Assembly (NCBI GenBank): GCA_964419275.1
Contig: CAYQOY010000001.1
Coordinates: 15,218 to 79,217 of the forward strand
Direction: 5' to 3'
Length of the DNA: 64,000 nucleotides
Source: Candidatus Woesearchaeota archaeon
Lineage (GTDB): Archaea; Nanobdellota; Nanobdellia; Pacearchaeales; GW2011-AR1
Part shown: positions 8,028 through 16,046 of the stretch, one piece after another
How the letters are laid out: every line of letters begins with the position of its first letter
Numbering within the stretch: the stretch's first letter is position 1
The notes under the pieces: model-generated
What the model was told of the DNA's origin: nothing
The model's input: the letters and a program-made list of their open reading frames with translations, nothing else
Database searches by the model: none
Position numbers and translations under genes: made by a program

Positions 8028-8783
8028 TTATTTGAACTGATTGTTTAGTTCTTCTTCGTTTTCTTTTAAGTAAACTAAAGAAGACTTAACAAAAGACTCA
8101 AAATCTTTACTTTTTTCATATAACTTGTTAAGTTCTGCTAAAATAAATTTGCCTTTCAGAGTAATATTATCTAAAAAAGAATAGTAAAGCCGTTCTTTAG
8201 GCAAGTTTAGTTCTGAAACTTCTTTGGAAAAAAGAATTCCCGGAGCTATCTCGCTAAGTTTCCAAATTAAATGTGGGTGCTCAAACTCTTGTTCGTTTAC
8301 TTCTGGAAAGATCTCTTTTATTTTCTTAAAAAACAAAAAATGTGAAAGTTCGTGCAAAATTACTATTTTTACCTGTTCTTCATTCATTTTCCAGTAAAGA
8401 TCAAAAGTCTGGTATTTTAGATATCTGGGACAAATTGGATTTAAGGTTATTCTAGCCTTAAACTCTGAAAACTCCGGGCTCCAAGAGGTTTGTATTCTTT
8501 CTTGAATCAGCTTCAAGAAATTCTCGTTTACTTCTTTCCAAGCACGAGTATATCTTCCTTTTGCAAGGGCTAGGTCCTTGCTTCTCTCTTTTTCCTTTTC
8601 TTGAAAAAAATCCCAAATTGTTTGAGACTTATTTTTAGAAGATTTTAAGGATTCTATTAATTCAGGATAAGCTCTTTTAATGGATTCGTGAAAATGATAC
8701 TGGGGGTTTACGACTTTTTCTAAAAAAGAGAGATAATCTTTAATATTAGCTATTTCAAAAGTTACCTTTGGAAAGTCCTGCAT
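8028..8783 (-). CDS. hypothetical protein with HExxH motif (putative zinc metallopeptidase)
   Basis: 251 aa. VILHELSHFLFF contains HELSH. No other recognisable domain. Confidence 0.35.
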   Translation of the reverse strand: MQDFPKVTFEIANIKDYLSFLEKVVNPQYHFHESIKRAYPELIESLKSSKNKSQTIWDFFQEKEKERSKDLALAKGRYTRAWKEVNENFLKLIQERIQTSWSPEFSEFKARITLNPICPRYLKYQTFDLYWKMNEEQVKIVILHELSHFLFFKKIKEIFPEVNEQEFEHPHLIWKLSEIAPGILFSKEVSELNLPKERLYYSFLDNITLKGKFILAELNKLYEKSKDFESFVKSSLVYLKENEEELNNQFK

Positions 8784-8817
8784 ATTATTTTACCTTTTAG
8801 AGAAATAAATATTTTTT

Positions 8818-8848
8818 GGTTGATGTGCACTTAGATTAACTTAGTGAA
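8818..8848. repeat. copy A (partial) of intergenic repeat GGTTG(A)TGCACTTAG(A/G)TTA(A/G)CTTAGTGA
   Basis: Matches the cores of copies B and C with 3 differences. Lies about 35 bp upstream of the 8783 start codon. Confidence 0.5.
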
Positions 8849-8923
8849 CACTGTTTTTTTGAGATGAAATTCTTTAGATTTTTGCCTAAAAATGTCGAGT
8901 TCGCATAATGTACGTTGTACGTA

Positions 8924-9020
8924 CTTTTTTAGTGTTTTTTCAGCTTTTTTCAAGGTTTTTTAGAGTTTTTCGCGGATTTTCTGGGTTTTTGAGATTTTTC
9001 TCAGCTTTTTTGAATTTTTG
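8924..9020. promoter_or_regulatory. about ten T5-6 tracts phased at ~10 bp (predicted intrinsically curved DNA) in a divergent promoter region
   Basis: ...gtactttttt agtgtttttt cagctttttt caaggtttttt agagttttt cgcggatttt ctgggttttt gagattttt ctcagctttttt gaattttt... Confidence 0.5.
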
Positions 9021-9044
9021 TGAGTCTTAATACAGCTTGCTTTC

Positions 9045-9140
9045 AAAAAATTATAAAAAACTATGTTTCTGACTGCGAAATTTTTTATCAATTTTCTCGC
9101 GCTTCCGGCAGGTTGTGCACTTAGGTTAGCTTAGTGAATA
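9045..9140. repeat. copy B of a ~95-bp direct repeat (TATA-like AAAATTATAAAAAAC ... TTTTTATCAATT.TCT...CTTCCGGCAGGTTGTGCACTTAGGTTAGCTTAGTGA)
   Basis: About 85% identical to copy C at 10313-10407. Ends about 38 bp before the ATG at 9178. Confidence 0.55.
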
Positions 9141-9177
9141 AACAGATTTTATTTGATTTTATTTTGTATCCTCTCAG

Positions 9178-10314
9178 ATGTTCTCATATATTTTTTTAAA
9201 TGAATTTTTCTATTTTTTCTGGATGATTATTAATTTAAAGAGCGAGACAGATCTTTCTGGATTTTACGTTGTTTATGAAGGAGCTGCAAATTTCGAGAAA
9301 AAAGGACAGAGGGGGATTTCTCATTTGCTAGAACACCTTATGGCTAATGACCTCTTCTCCGTTGAGGAAGAGATAATCAAAGATGGAATTGACCTTAATG
9401 CAGAAACATCCCAAAACGACATGGTCTTTTTTATTACCGGATTAGAAAAAAACCTTGCTAAGTGGAGGGAACCTCTTCTTTCTTCTTTAAACAGATTAAA
9501 TTTCCCAGAAGAAAATTTTGAAAAAGAAAAAAATGTTGTTTTAGTGGAATATTTACAAGGTGTTTCAGATTTAGAGTCTAATCATCTTTTGAATCTCTGG
9601 AGAAATACATTAAATGTTTATGGTCCTTGGGGGTTAAAGGCTGACTTAGAAGGTTTAACCTGGACAGATTGTCAAGAACATTATAACTCTAGGTTTACCA
9701 AACCTTCAAAAATTATTAATGTTTCAAAAAATTTTAATTATAAAGACGATTCCATTCAATTTGAAACGCGAAAGTCGGAAAAAAGAATTAAACTGGGGGA
9801 TTATTCCGCTCCTTTAGAAGTGCTTGAATTCTCTCCAGAAATGACTTCAATTATCTGTATGTCTCCTATTATTGAAGAAGACTTTGCTTACGTTGATTTT
9901 ATCACCGATTTGATTTCAAGTGACTTAAATTCCCCTCTTTTTAAGAAGATTCGAGATAGGGGGCTTGCTTATGACTTGACTATGTCGGAAGAAAGGATTA
10001 ACAGGCAGGGGATTATTCTTTTAGGAACTTCTGTTTTAACTGAAAAAATAGAAGAAACCCTTGAAACAGTTGAAGAAGTTCTAAAAAACCCGAAAGAGTA
10101 CCTCTCTGAACGCCGAATTGATTTGATTAAATCTTCCTTAAAGGCTAGACAAGAAAAAGAAGAAATTTTAAGATTTGCGAACATTGATGAGTATATTCAT
10201 CCCGCTGAATGGAACGTTTACAACATATTAAATAAGATAGATTTAGCTAAAATCCAGGAAGTTTACAACAAGTATTTTAATTTTGACAATTGGTATATTT
10301 CTTGTTGCCCTTAA
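9178..10314 (+). CDS. M16 (pitrilysin) family peptidase-like protein, short form
   Basis: Inverted zinc motif HxxEH in GISHLLEHLMANDLF with downstream E (NAETSQND). 378 aa. Start may be the internal Met at 9223. Confidence 0.55.
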   Translation: MFSYIFLNEFFYFFWMIINLKSETDLSGFYVVYEGAANFEKKGQRGISHLLEHLMANDLFSVEEEIIKDGIDLNAETSQNDMVFFITGLEKNLAKWREPLLSSLNRLNFPEENFEKEKNVVLVEYLQGVSDLESNHLLNLWRNTLNVYGPWGLKADLEGLTWTDCQEHYNSRFTKPSKIINVSKNFNYKDDSIQFETRKSEKRIKLGDYSAPLEVLEFSPEMTSIICMSPIIEEDFAYVDFITDLISSDLNSPLFKKIRDRGLAYDLTMSEERINRQGIILLGTSVLTEKIEETLETVEEVLKNPKEYLSERRIDLIKSSLKARQEKEEILRFANIDEYIHPAEWNVYNILNKIDLAKIQEVYNKYFNFDNWYISCCP

Positions 10315-10407
10315 AAATTATAAAAAACCCTATTTTTGACACGAGATTTTTTTATCAATTCTCTAGAACTTCCGGCAGGTTGTGCACTTAGGTTAGCTTA
10401 GTGATAA
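10313..10407. repeat. copy C of the ~95-bp direct repeat
   Basis: Alignment to 9045-9140 is visible by eye. The core CTTCCGGCAGGTTGTGCACTTAGGTTAGCTTAGTGA is identical in the two copies. Confidence 0.55.
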
Positions 10408-10415
10408 TGAAAAAA

Positions 10416-10700
10416 GGCTGTTTGTCGCTGTTTTTTTGCTTTTAATTTTTTCTGAAAATTAAATTTTGTGGGTTAATAGAGAAGGTAATTTTATCGACGG
10501 AGAACTGACTGTTTAAGGGTGTTTAAACACCTGTTTAGAATTGCTTTTGGGTGTTTGTCGCTGTTTATCGCTGTTTAAACAGGCTGTTTGCCTTCTTTTT
10601 TTGACATAAACAGCTGTTTAAGTCTGTTTGTTAAGTGTTTATAGCTGTTTGAACTTATTTTTTCTGTAAATTTTATGAAAAATATTATGCTGTTTACGTC
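10416..10700. repeat. array of at least 12 CTGTTT / GTTTAAAC / AAACAGCTGTTT motifs
   Basis: Examples: ggctgtttgtcgctgttt, gtgtttaaacacctgtttag, gctgtttaaacaggctgtttg, aaacagctgtttaag, agctgtttg, gctgtttacg. All lie upstream of the ORF starting at 10716. Confidence 0.6.
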
Positions 10701-10715
10701 GATATTCTCCGACGG

Positions 10716-11372
10716 GTGCAAAACATTTTTAAACTGTTTATTATAATAACTATTATGTTTTGGTTTTTTAATAGAAAAAAAGAGGCAGAAGATATCAAAA
10801 AAGATGTTAAAGCGGGCTTTGAATCTGTAAAAAAAGACATTACATCTATTAGTGGATGGATAAATTACCTTGATTCTGAAAAAAATATTACCAAAAAAGA
10901 TGTTTTAGAGATAAAAGAGGATTTGTCTTCGATAAAAAAGGAACTTGAAGGATTAAAAAACGTTGTTTCTTTTATGGGCGAAGTTAAAACAAACAGGGTG
11001 TTTAAAACACCCGGGCGGGTGTTTGATAAACAAACAGCTGTTTTGCCTGTTCAAACAGCTGTTCAAACAGCTGTTCAAACACCAAATTTAGACAGATTTT
11101 CAACAACTGAAAGAGCAATCGTGTGGGTATTGCTAAATTCAGAGCTAAGGCTAAGTTATGATGACTTAGCTGCTGTCCTGGGAAAAGAGAGATCGACAAT
11201 TAGAGGTCAAATAAATTCGATAAAGCAAAAAAGTGACATAATTGAAGAAGTAGTTGAGTCAAATGGCAAAAAGAGAGTGTTTATACCTGAAGAAATCAAG
11301 GAAAAACTGCTCAAAAAGGCAAAAGTGAGAGTTAGCAGTACTAAAAAAGATAAAAAAAATGAAAAAAGTTGA
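10716..11372 (+). CDS. membrane-anchored coiled-coil protein with C-terminal winged-helix (HTH) domain
   Basis: N-terminal hydrophobic helix (LFIIITIMFWFF). Coiled-coil stretch DIKKDVKAGFESVKKDI...IKKELEGLKN. Low-complexity QTAVLPVQTAVQTAVQT linker. wHTH-like TERAIVWVLLNSELRLSYDDLAAVLGKERSTIRGQINSIKQK. Confidence 0.5.
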   Translation: MQNIFKLFIIITIMFWFFNRKKEAEDIKKDVKAGFESVKKDITSISGWINYLDSEKNITKKDVLEIKEDLSSIKKELEGLKNVVSFMGEVKTNRVFKTPGRVFDKQTAVLPVQTAVQTAVQTPNLDRFSTTERAIVWVLLNSELRLSYDDLAAVLGKERSTIRGQINSIKQKSDIIEEVVESNGKKRVFIPEEIKEKLLKKAKVRVSSTKKDKKNEKS

Positions 11373-11755
11373 GAAAAAATGAATCTGAAAAAGAAAAAAG
11401 TGAGTAATGGAGGGATTATTTCAAAAAACAGTAAAAGTGAGCATAAGGGTTAATTAAAAATCAACAAAAAATATGTAAAAAATGAGGGTTTTGTAGTGGG
11501 TAAAAATCCTTTAGATTCAACGAGAAAACGCCAATAAAGATCGAAAAAAGTCATAGAAATAGTTTATCGGTTAACCGATTAGATTATTTGAGGGCCTAAT
11601 TTCTCTTAGTTTATCGACGAGAAAATTTAAAAAAGAGTGAAAAGAAAATTTCAAAAGAATAAAAAGTTAGACTTTTCTTTGAATTTTTTGAAGGATTTCA
11701 TTTTATTTTTACGACGAGAAAGGGTCTGCTGAGAACAATTAAAAAAGGCTCAAAA

Positions 11756-12592
11756 TCAAAGATCTCTTAGTTGAATTATTGCGTTAAGTGAAGCAATTTT
11801 CTTTAAATTTTCGGAAATAGAAATTTTAATTTGTTTATTATTTACTTTTTCTTTTTGAATAGGGACACCTTTTTTTATCAATTTACCGACGTAATCTCTT
11901 ACAGAACTTTCACTAAGATTCAATTTCTGAGATAAACTTCGGTAATCTGAAAATCCTTGCTCTTCATCATACTGGTAAATTGCAGAAAAAACCAAAAACT
12001 CTTGCTCGGTAAGTTCTTTGAACTTTAACCTAACTTCTTTTTTTAGACTATCTAAGGAATTTAAAATTTCTAAAGCATTGTTAAGAGACTTGCTTTCTTT
12101 GTTGAATCCCCTTGTTTCAGAGATAAACCCTTCTTTTTGTGTCTGTTGGTTTGTCTGTTGGTTTGTCTGTTTGTCTGTTGGAACCCCTCCATTTCCAGTG
12201 GAAAAGCTCATATTTTGAGCCTTAGAAGGCTTAAAAGGGTAATTATCTGTTGGATTATCTGTTGGACTTGTTGGGTTAACCTGTCTGTTTGTCTGTTTTT
12301 CTAAGTTATCTGTCGGACTATCTTTTGAATGCTCTGAATACTTTTCAGAACAATTTTCGTCTAATCTTTCAGGAGAATACTGAAATTTAGAGTTGTATTC
12401 TGCACTATTTAAGTTAAAACCTTCTTTGGAAGAATAATCTGATTTCTTAAGGTAACTCTCTTCTTGATTAAGAAGAATCTCATCAAGTAAATCTCTTAAC
12501 TGATTTAATTGAAATTTAATCAAATCCATCTCGTTTCTCAAAGAAGCGATATCTGTTTTAACCTTGTCAAATGCCTCTTTGATTGGTTCCAT
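11756..12592 (-). CDS. coiled-coil protein with low-complexity linker and C-terminal winged-helix domain
   Basis: N-terminal IASLRNEMDLIKFQLNQLRDLLDE coiled coil. PTDNPTDN / QTNQQTNQQTQ repeats. C-terminal LTEQEFLVFSAIYQ...SDYRSLSQKLNLSESSVRDYVGKLIKKGV wHTH. Confidence 0.5.
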   Translation of the reverse strand: MEPIKEAFDKVKTDIASLRNEMDLIKFQLNQLRDLLDEILLNQEESYLKKSDYSSKEGFNLNSAEYNSKFQYSPERLDENCSEKYSEHSKDSPTDNLEKQTNRQVNPTSPTDNPTDNYPFKPSKAQNMSFSTGNGGVPTDKQTNQQTNQQTQKEGFISETRGFNKESKSLNNALEILNSLDSLKKEVRLKFKELTEQEFLVFSAIYQYDEEQGFSDYRSLSQKLNLSESSVRDYVGKLIKKGVPIQKEKVNNKQIKISISENLKKIASLNAIIQLRDL

Positions 12593-12623
12593 TTAATTGG
12601 TTGAAACAAGGAGTATAAAAAGA

Positions 12624-13403
12624 TTAATGTTGTTTATTAATCAGAATTCGAATTATCCTTTTGGTTTCTTCAGGGTCTTTTACTTGTATGCAGTCAACTC
12701 CTGTGGAAATCACAGGGTAATCATTTCCCCCAGGAAATAAGGCATCGCCTAGGAATAACATCTCTTCTTTTTTAAAGTTTAACTGCTCTTGAATCTTTGC
12801 AATCCCATACGCCTTGTCTATGCCTTTTTTAGTTACATCTAAAGACGTTGACCCTCCGATTCTAACAGAAAAGTCAGGTAATTTTTCTTGGAGTTTTTCT
12901 TGGAGTTTTTTTCTTTTTTCTGTGGTAGGGTCAAAAGACTCTTTTAATTCGCGAGGAGCTAGCTGACCTAGTGCAGAAAATGTGATCTGGCTTTCTCGAT
13001 CTTCAATTACTTCTCCATAAACTTTTTGAGGATGGATATACCCTGTTTCTTTGAAAACTTGGTGAAACGCAGAAAAAATCTTTTCTTTTTCTTCCTGTTG
13101 CAAAACATTTTCATAAACCTTTTGCCAATTTCCTTGATTGTGCTTATAAAAGCTTGTTGAACAGGTGGGAAAGATAAACAACCTCGAAAAGTCTGTTTCT
13201 TGACTCTGGTTTTTCAAGATTCCTAAAAATTGCTTCTCAAACTGAGGAAAACCCCCTCCAGAAATGACTGCGACACTCCTATTTTTCAAAAGCTCACTTA
13301 ATAGCCTTGCCATCTCTTTATCCATTTCAGACTTGCTTAAAGCTAGAGTCCCGTCTAAATCAAAAATAATCAACTTTTTGGAAGTTAATTCAAGATTATA
13401 CAT
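12624..13403 (-). CDS. HAD-IIB (Cof-like) sugar-phosphatase family hydrolase
   Basis: LIIFDLDGTL motif I, VISGG motif II, K...LFLGDALFPGGNDYPV motifs III/IV. Confidence 0.6.
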   Translation of the reverse strand: MYNLELTSKKLIIFDLDGTLALSKSEMDKEMARLLSELLKNRSVAVISGGGFPQFEKQFLGILKNQSQETDFSRLFIFPTCSTSFYKHNQGNWQKVYENVLQQEEKEKIFSAFHQVFKETGYIHPQKVYGEVIEDRESQITFSALGQLAPRELKESFDPTTEKRKKLQEKLQEKLPDFSVRIGGSTSLDVTKKGIDKAYGIAKIQEQLNFKKEEMLFLGDALFPGGNDYPVISTGVDCIQVKDPEETKRIIRILINKQH

Positions 13404-13414
13404 TTTGGTTTTTA

Positions 13415-13681
13415 TTATTGAATCTTTTTATATGCTTCGTAAGACTTACTGGAAAGTTTCCATCTAGCTCTTTTTTTATAACTAACTCCCTGAGGGTTTT
13501 TTTTGATTTGATCAACTAATCCTTTTTTAGATAAATCTATTAAAAGCCTTTTCACAAATTCCTCATCTCTAGCGATTTCTTTGGAAATTTGAGAGATGAA
13601 TAAGGGGCGAGGGTTATTCTCAAATAAAAGTGCCAGGATTTGTTCAGAAATTTTGGTTTTCTTTTCTTCAGAGATTCGCAT
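13415..13681 (-). CDS. small winged-helix DNA-binding protein (putative transcriptional regulator)
   Basis: 88 aa. ISQISKEIARDEEFVKRLLIDLSKKGLV recognition-helix-like segment followed by a basic wing (KKRARWKL). Confidence 0.45.
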   Translation of the reverse strand: MRISEEKKTKISEQILALLFENNPRPLFISQISKEIARDEEFVKRLLIDLSKKGLVDQIKKNPQGVSYKKRARWKLSSKSYEAYKKIQ

Positions 13682-13765
13682 AGGGCTTTAATACCGAATA
13701 ACTTTTTAAACGTATGTTTGATATTAAGAAACTCTTTAAACCAATTTCATCTAAGATTAAATGGA

Positions 13766-14812
13766 ATGAATCTTGAATTTAACTCTGGAAAAAAAGAAGA
13801 CGCTCAAAAATTTATAAGAAAACTGAAAAAAGAAGATAATCTTGCAATAATCAGCCACAACGATTTAGATGGGCTTGCTTCAGCTAAAATTTTAGAAAGA
13901 GTTAGTTCTCCTAGGTTAATTGAATTAGTTTCTTATGATAAAATCTCCGGGTTAGTGCCTTCTCTTAAAAAAAATAAAATAAACAAGATTATTTTTTCAG
14001 ATTTGTCTTTAGATTTTCCTGGAAGCCTTTCTAGCTTTGAATCTCTTGCAGAAATATTAGTTATAGACCATCATCAATTCAAAAACGACCTTAACTCAAA
14101 TAAAACTACTTTCTTGAATGCCCAGGGATATTGTGCTTCGTATATTTGTTATTCTCTTTTCTCAGAAAATGCAAATTTAAAGAACTTAGAATGGCTTGTC
14201 GCTCTTGCTTCTTTATCAGACTGGCTTTATTCAAAGAATGTTGATTGGATTAAACAAGTTTATGAAAGCCAGGGAGAAACATTTGAATTAAATGAAATTC
14301 AAAAAGGAAAGTTTTGGGAAAGTGTTTTAACAGTTTCGGACGGATTAATTTACTTCAAAGATAACCCGACAAAAGCTTACGAATTAATTAATTCCGAAAA
14401 ATTTGATTTAAAAGAAATAACCCCTTATGTTCAGAAAGTCAGGCAAGATTTGGATTTTAATTTAGATAGATTTGAAAAAGAAAAAGAGCCTATTCCCGGA
14501 GGATTTTTTTATGAAATGAAATCTGAATATGATCTGAATTCTAGATTCGCTTCTTTGATTAGTGGAAAAACACCTAATGAGACTTATGTTATTTCTACTA
14601 AGAATCATACCCTTTACAGAATCTCTGCAAGAAGAAGCGACGGAAAAAGGGACATGTCCGAGTTAGTTAAGTATCTCACTGAAGATTTAACTTTGATCAA
14701 TGCCGGAGGGCATGTTGCAGCAGCAGGATGTAATGTTCTTGAAACAGAGTATATTTCTTTTAAAGAAAAATTGAAACAGATTCCCGAAGAGATGTTTGTT
14801 TTGAAAAAATAA
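13766..14812 (+). CDS. DHH/DHHA1 family phosphoesterase (NrnA/RecJ-like nuclease)
   Basis: Motif I ISHNDLDGLASA, motif III LVIDHHQF, DHHA1 GGHVAAAG. Start set at the internal ATG 13766 because the longer ORF overlaps the convergent wHTH gene. Confidence 0.7.
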   Translation: MNLEFNSGKKEDAQKFIRKLKKEDNLAIISHNDLDGLASAKILERVSSPRLIELVSYDKISGLVPSLKKNKINKIIFSDLSLDFPGSLSSFESLAEILVIDHHQFKNDLNSNKTTFLNAQGYCASYICYSLFSENANLKNLEWLVALASLSDWLYSKNVDWIKQVYESQGETFELNEIQKGKFWESVLTVSDGLIYFKDNPTKAYELINSEKFDLKEITPYVQKVRQDLDFNLDRFEKEKEPIPGGFFYEMKSEYDLNSRFASLISGKTPNETYVISTKNHTLYRISARRSDGKRDMSELVKYLTEDLTLINAGGHVAAAGCNVLETEYISFKEKLKQIPEEMFVLKK

Positions 14813-14852
14813 AGCTGTTTTTAATGAGATCTGGAGAAAAAAATAAGAATCT

Positions 14853-15272
14853 TTATTTTTTTGCCTTGTTTTCTTTTCGAATCATTGGCAAGGGAACATG
14901 TAAGGGGAGATTTATTTCCTCTTCTAACTGCATTGCCTTAAGATTTGCTTTTCTTAAAACTGCGTTGAAAACAAAGATCTTGAAATCTTCTTCTACCTTT
15001 TTATCTTTCCACTGTTTTAATACTTCTTTGGACTGTCGTGGATCTAAAGAGATTAACAAATCTCCTTTAAATTCAATTTTAGCATAATTTGGAGAATAAT
15101 TGATTGCGTAAGAGAATTTAACCCCTAAAAATTCGTCTCTAGTTTTAAACAAATCTGCTTTTACTGTAGAAATTTCAGAAATATCAATTTTAGTCTCTAT
15201 TTTAACATTCTCTGCTTTATCTGCAAGCTTTTCTACGCTTATTTTTTTGAAGTTTAAACCGACTAATTTCAT
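14853..15272 (-). CDS. hypothetical protein
   Basis: 139 aa ORF with clean boundaries. No motif recognised. Confidence 0.3.
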   Translation of the reverse strand: MKLVGLNFKKISVEKLADKAENVKIETKIDISEISTVKADLFKTRDEFLGVKFSYAINYSPNYAKIEFKGDLLISLDPRQSKEVLKQWKDKKVEEDFKIFVFNAVLRKANLKAMQLEEEINLPLHVPLPMIRKENKAKK

Positions 15273-15318
15273 TTTATTTTAGTTAATTCTTTTTAATTTG
15301 GTTAGAATCTCTGAAGCT

Positions 15319-15624
15319 TTAAACTAAATCTTCTTCAGAAACGATCACAAAGTCCCCTATTGCAATAATAGAGTTATAAGGGATAAGTATGTCATTTGTG
15401 TGGGTTCTTTCAAGGTTAAGATTCTTGACATAAGCAGTGGAGTCTTTAACTACAAGGTTAATTAACTCTCCAGACTTAGTTTCAAAAGTAATATCCTTTA
15501 CAGCACCTAGTCTTTTTCCCTCTTTTGTGACAATCATCTTGCCCAAAATCGAATTAAATGGGTTTTTTTCTTGTTGCATGATTGATTGAAAGGGAATTGA
15601 TATATAAATTTTTCTATAACTCAA
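15319..15624 (-). CDS. PRC-barrel domain protein
   Basis: 101 aa. GKMIVTKEGKRLGAVKDITFETKSGELINLVV matches the PRC-barrel core pattern. Confidence 0.45.
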   Translation of the reverse strand: MSYRKIYISIPFQSIMQQEKNPFNSILGKMIVTKEGKRLGAVKDITFETKSGELINLVVKDSTAYVKNLNLERTHTNDILIPYNSIIAIGDFVIVSEEDLV

Positions 15625-15755
15625 GATAACGATTGTTTTAATGCTCTCGAAGAAGGTGAGCTAGATTTAATGATTTAGTTCTTCTTTTAGAAACAATTTA
15701 AAAAAAGAAGAAAAAAGGAGATTAATAACGGAGATTTAATTGTAATTAACCTAAA

Positions 15756-16004
15756 CCCCCTCACCCCTCAATTTCCAGTAGAAACATTTAAAAAAGAAAA
15801 ATTGATTTTTATTTTTTATTTTTTATTTATAAAATTATATATTATATATTATATATATTATAATAGTATAATAATATAAAGTTAATCGGTTTTCCATAAG
15901 AAATCTTGGTGTCTTTCTTATTCAGTAGTTATAATCCTTTATATAATATTTTAAGTTTTTTCGTTGGAAAAATTTATAATGAAGATGTTCCACTGGAAAT
16001 GAAC
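15756..16004. promoter_or_regulatory. oriC: replication origin (oriC): two inverted ORB (origin recognition box) elements flanking an AT-rich DUE, immediately upstream of orc1/cdc6
   Basis: Right ORB 15978-16004: GTTCCACTGGAAATGAACGTGTGGGAG. Left ORB (bottom strand of 15756-15788): TTTCTACTGGAAATTGAGGGGTGAGGGG. Both match the archaeal ORB core TTCCAGTGGAAAC followed by a G-string. Between them lies ~190 bp of >85% AT (ttatatattatatattatatatattataat). Confidence 0.65.
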
Positions 16005-16046
16005 GTGTGGGAGATATTATAAAAGTAAAATAAATAAAAAAATAAA

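Noticed and set aside
9969-10184. 71-aa minus-strand ORF
   Set aside because: Inside the M16-like gene on the opposite strand. No support.
10416-10700. Possible CRISPR array, because of many short repeated units
   Set aside because: Repeat units are only 6-12 bp, irregularly spaced and partly palindromic. There are no 25-40-bp repeats with unique spacers and no cas genes. Better explained as an operator-like motif array.
14824-15087. 87-aa plus-strand ORF
   Set aside because: Overlaps and is antisense to the better-formed 139-aa minus-strand ORF. No features.
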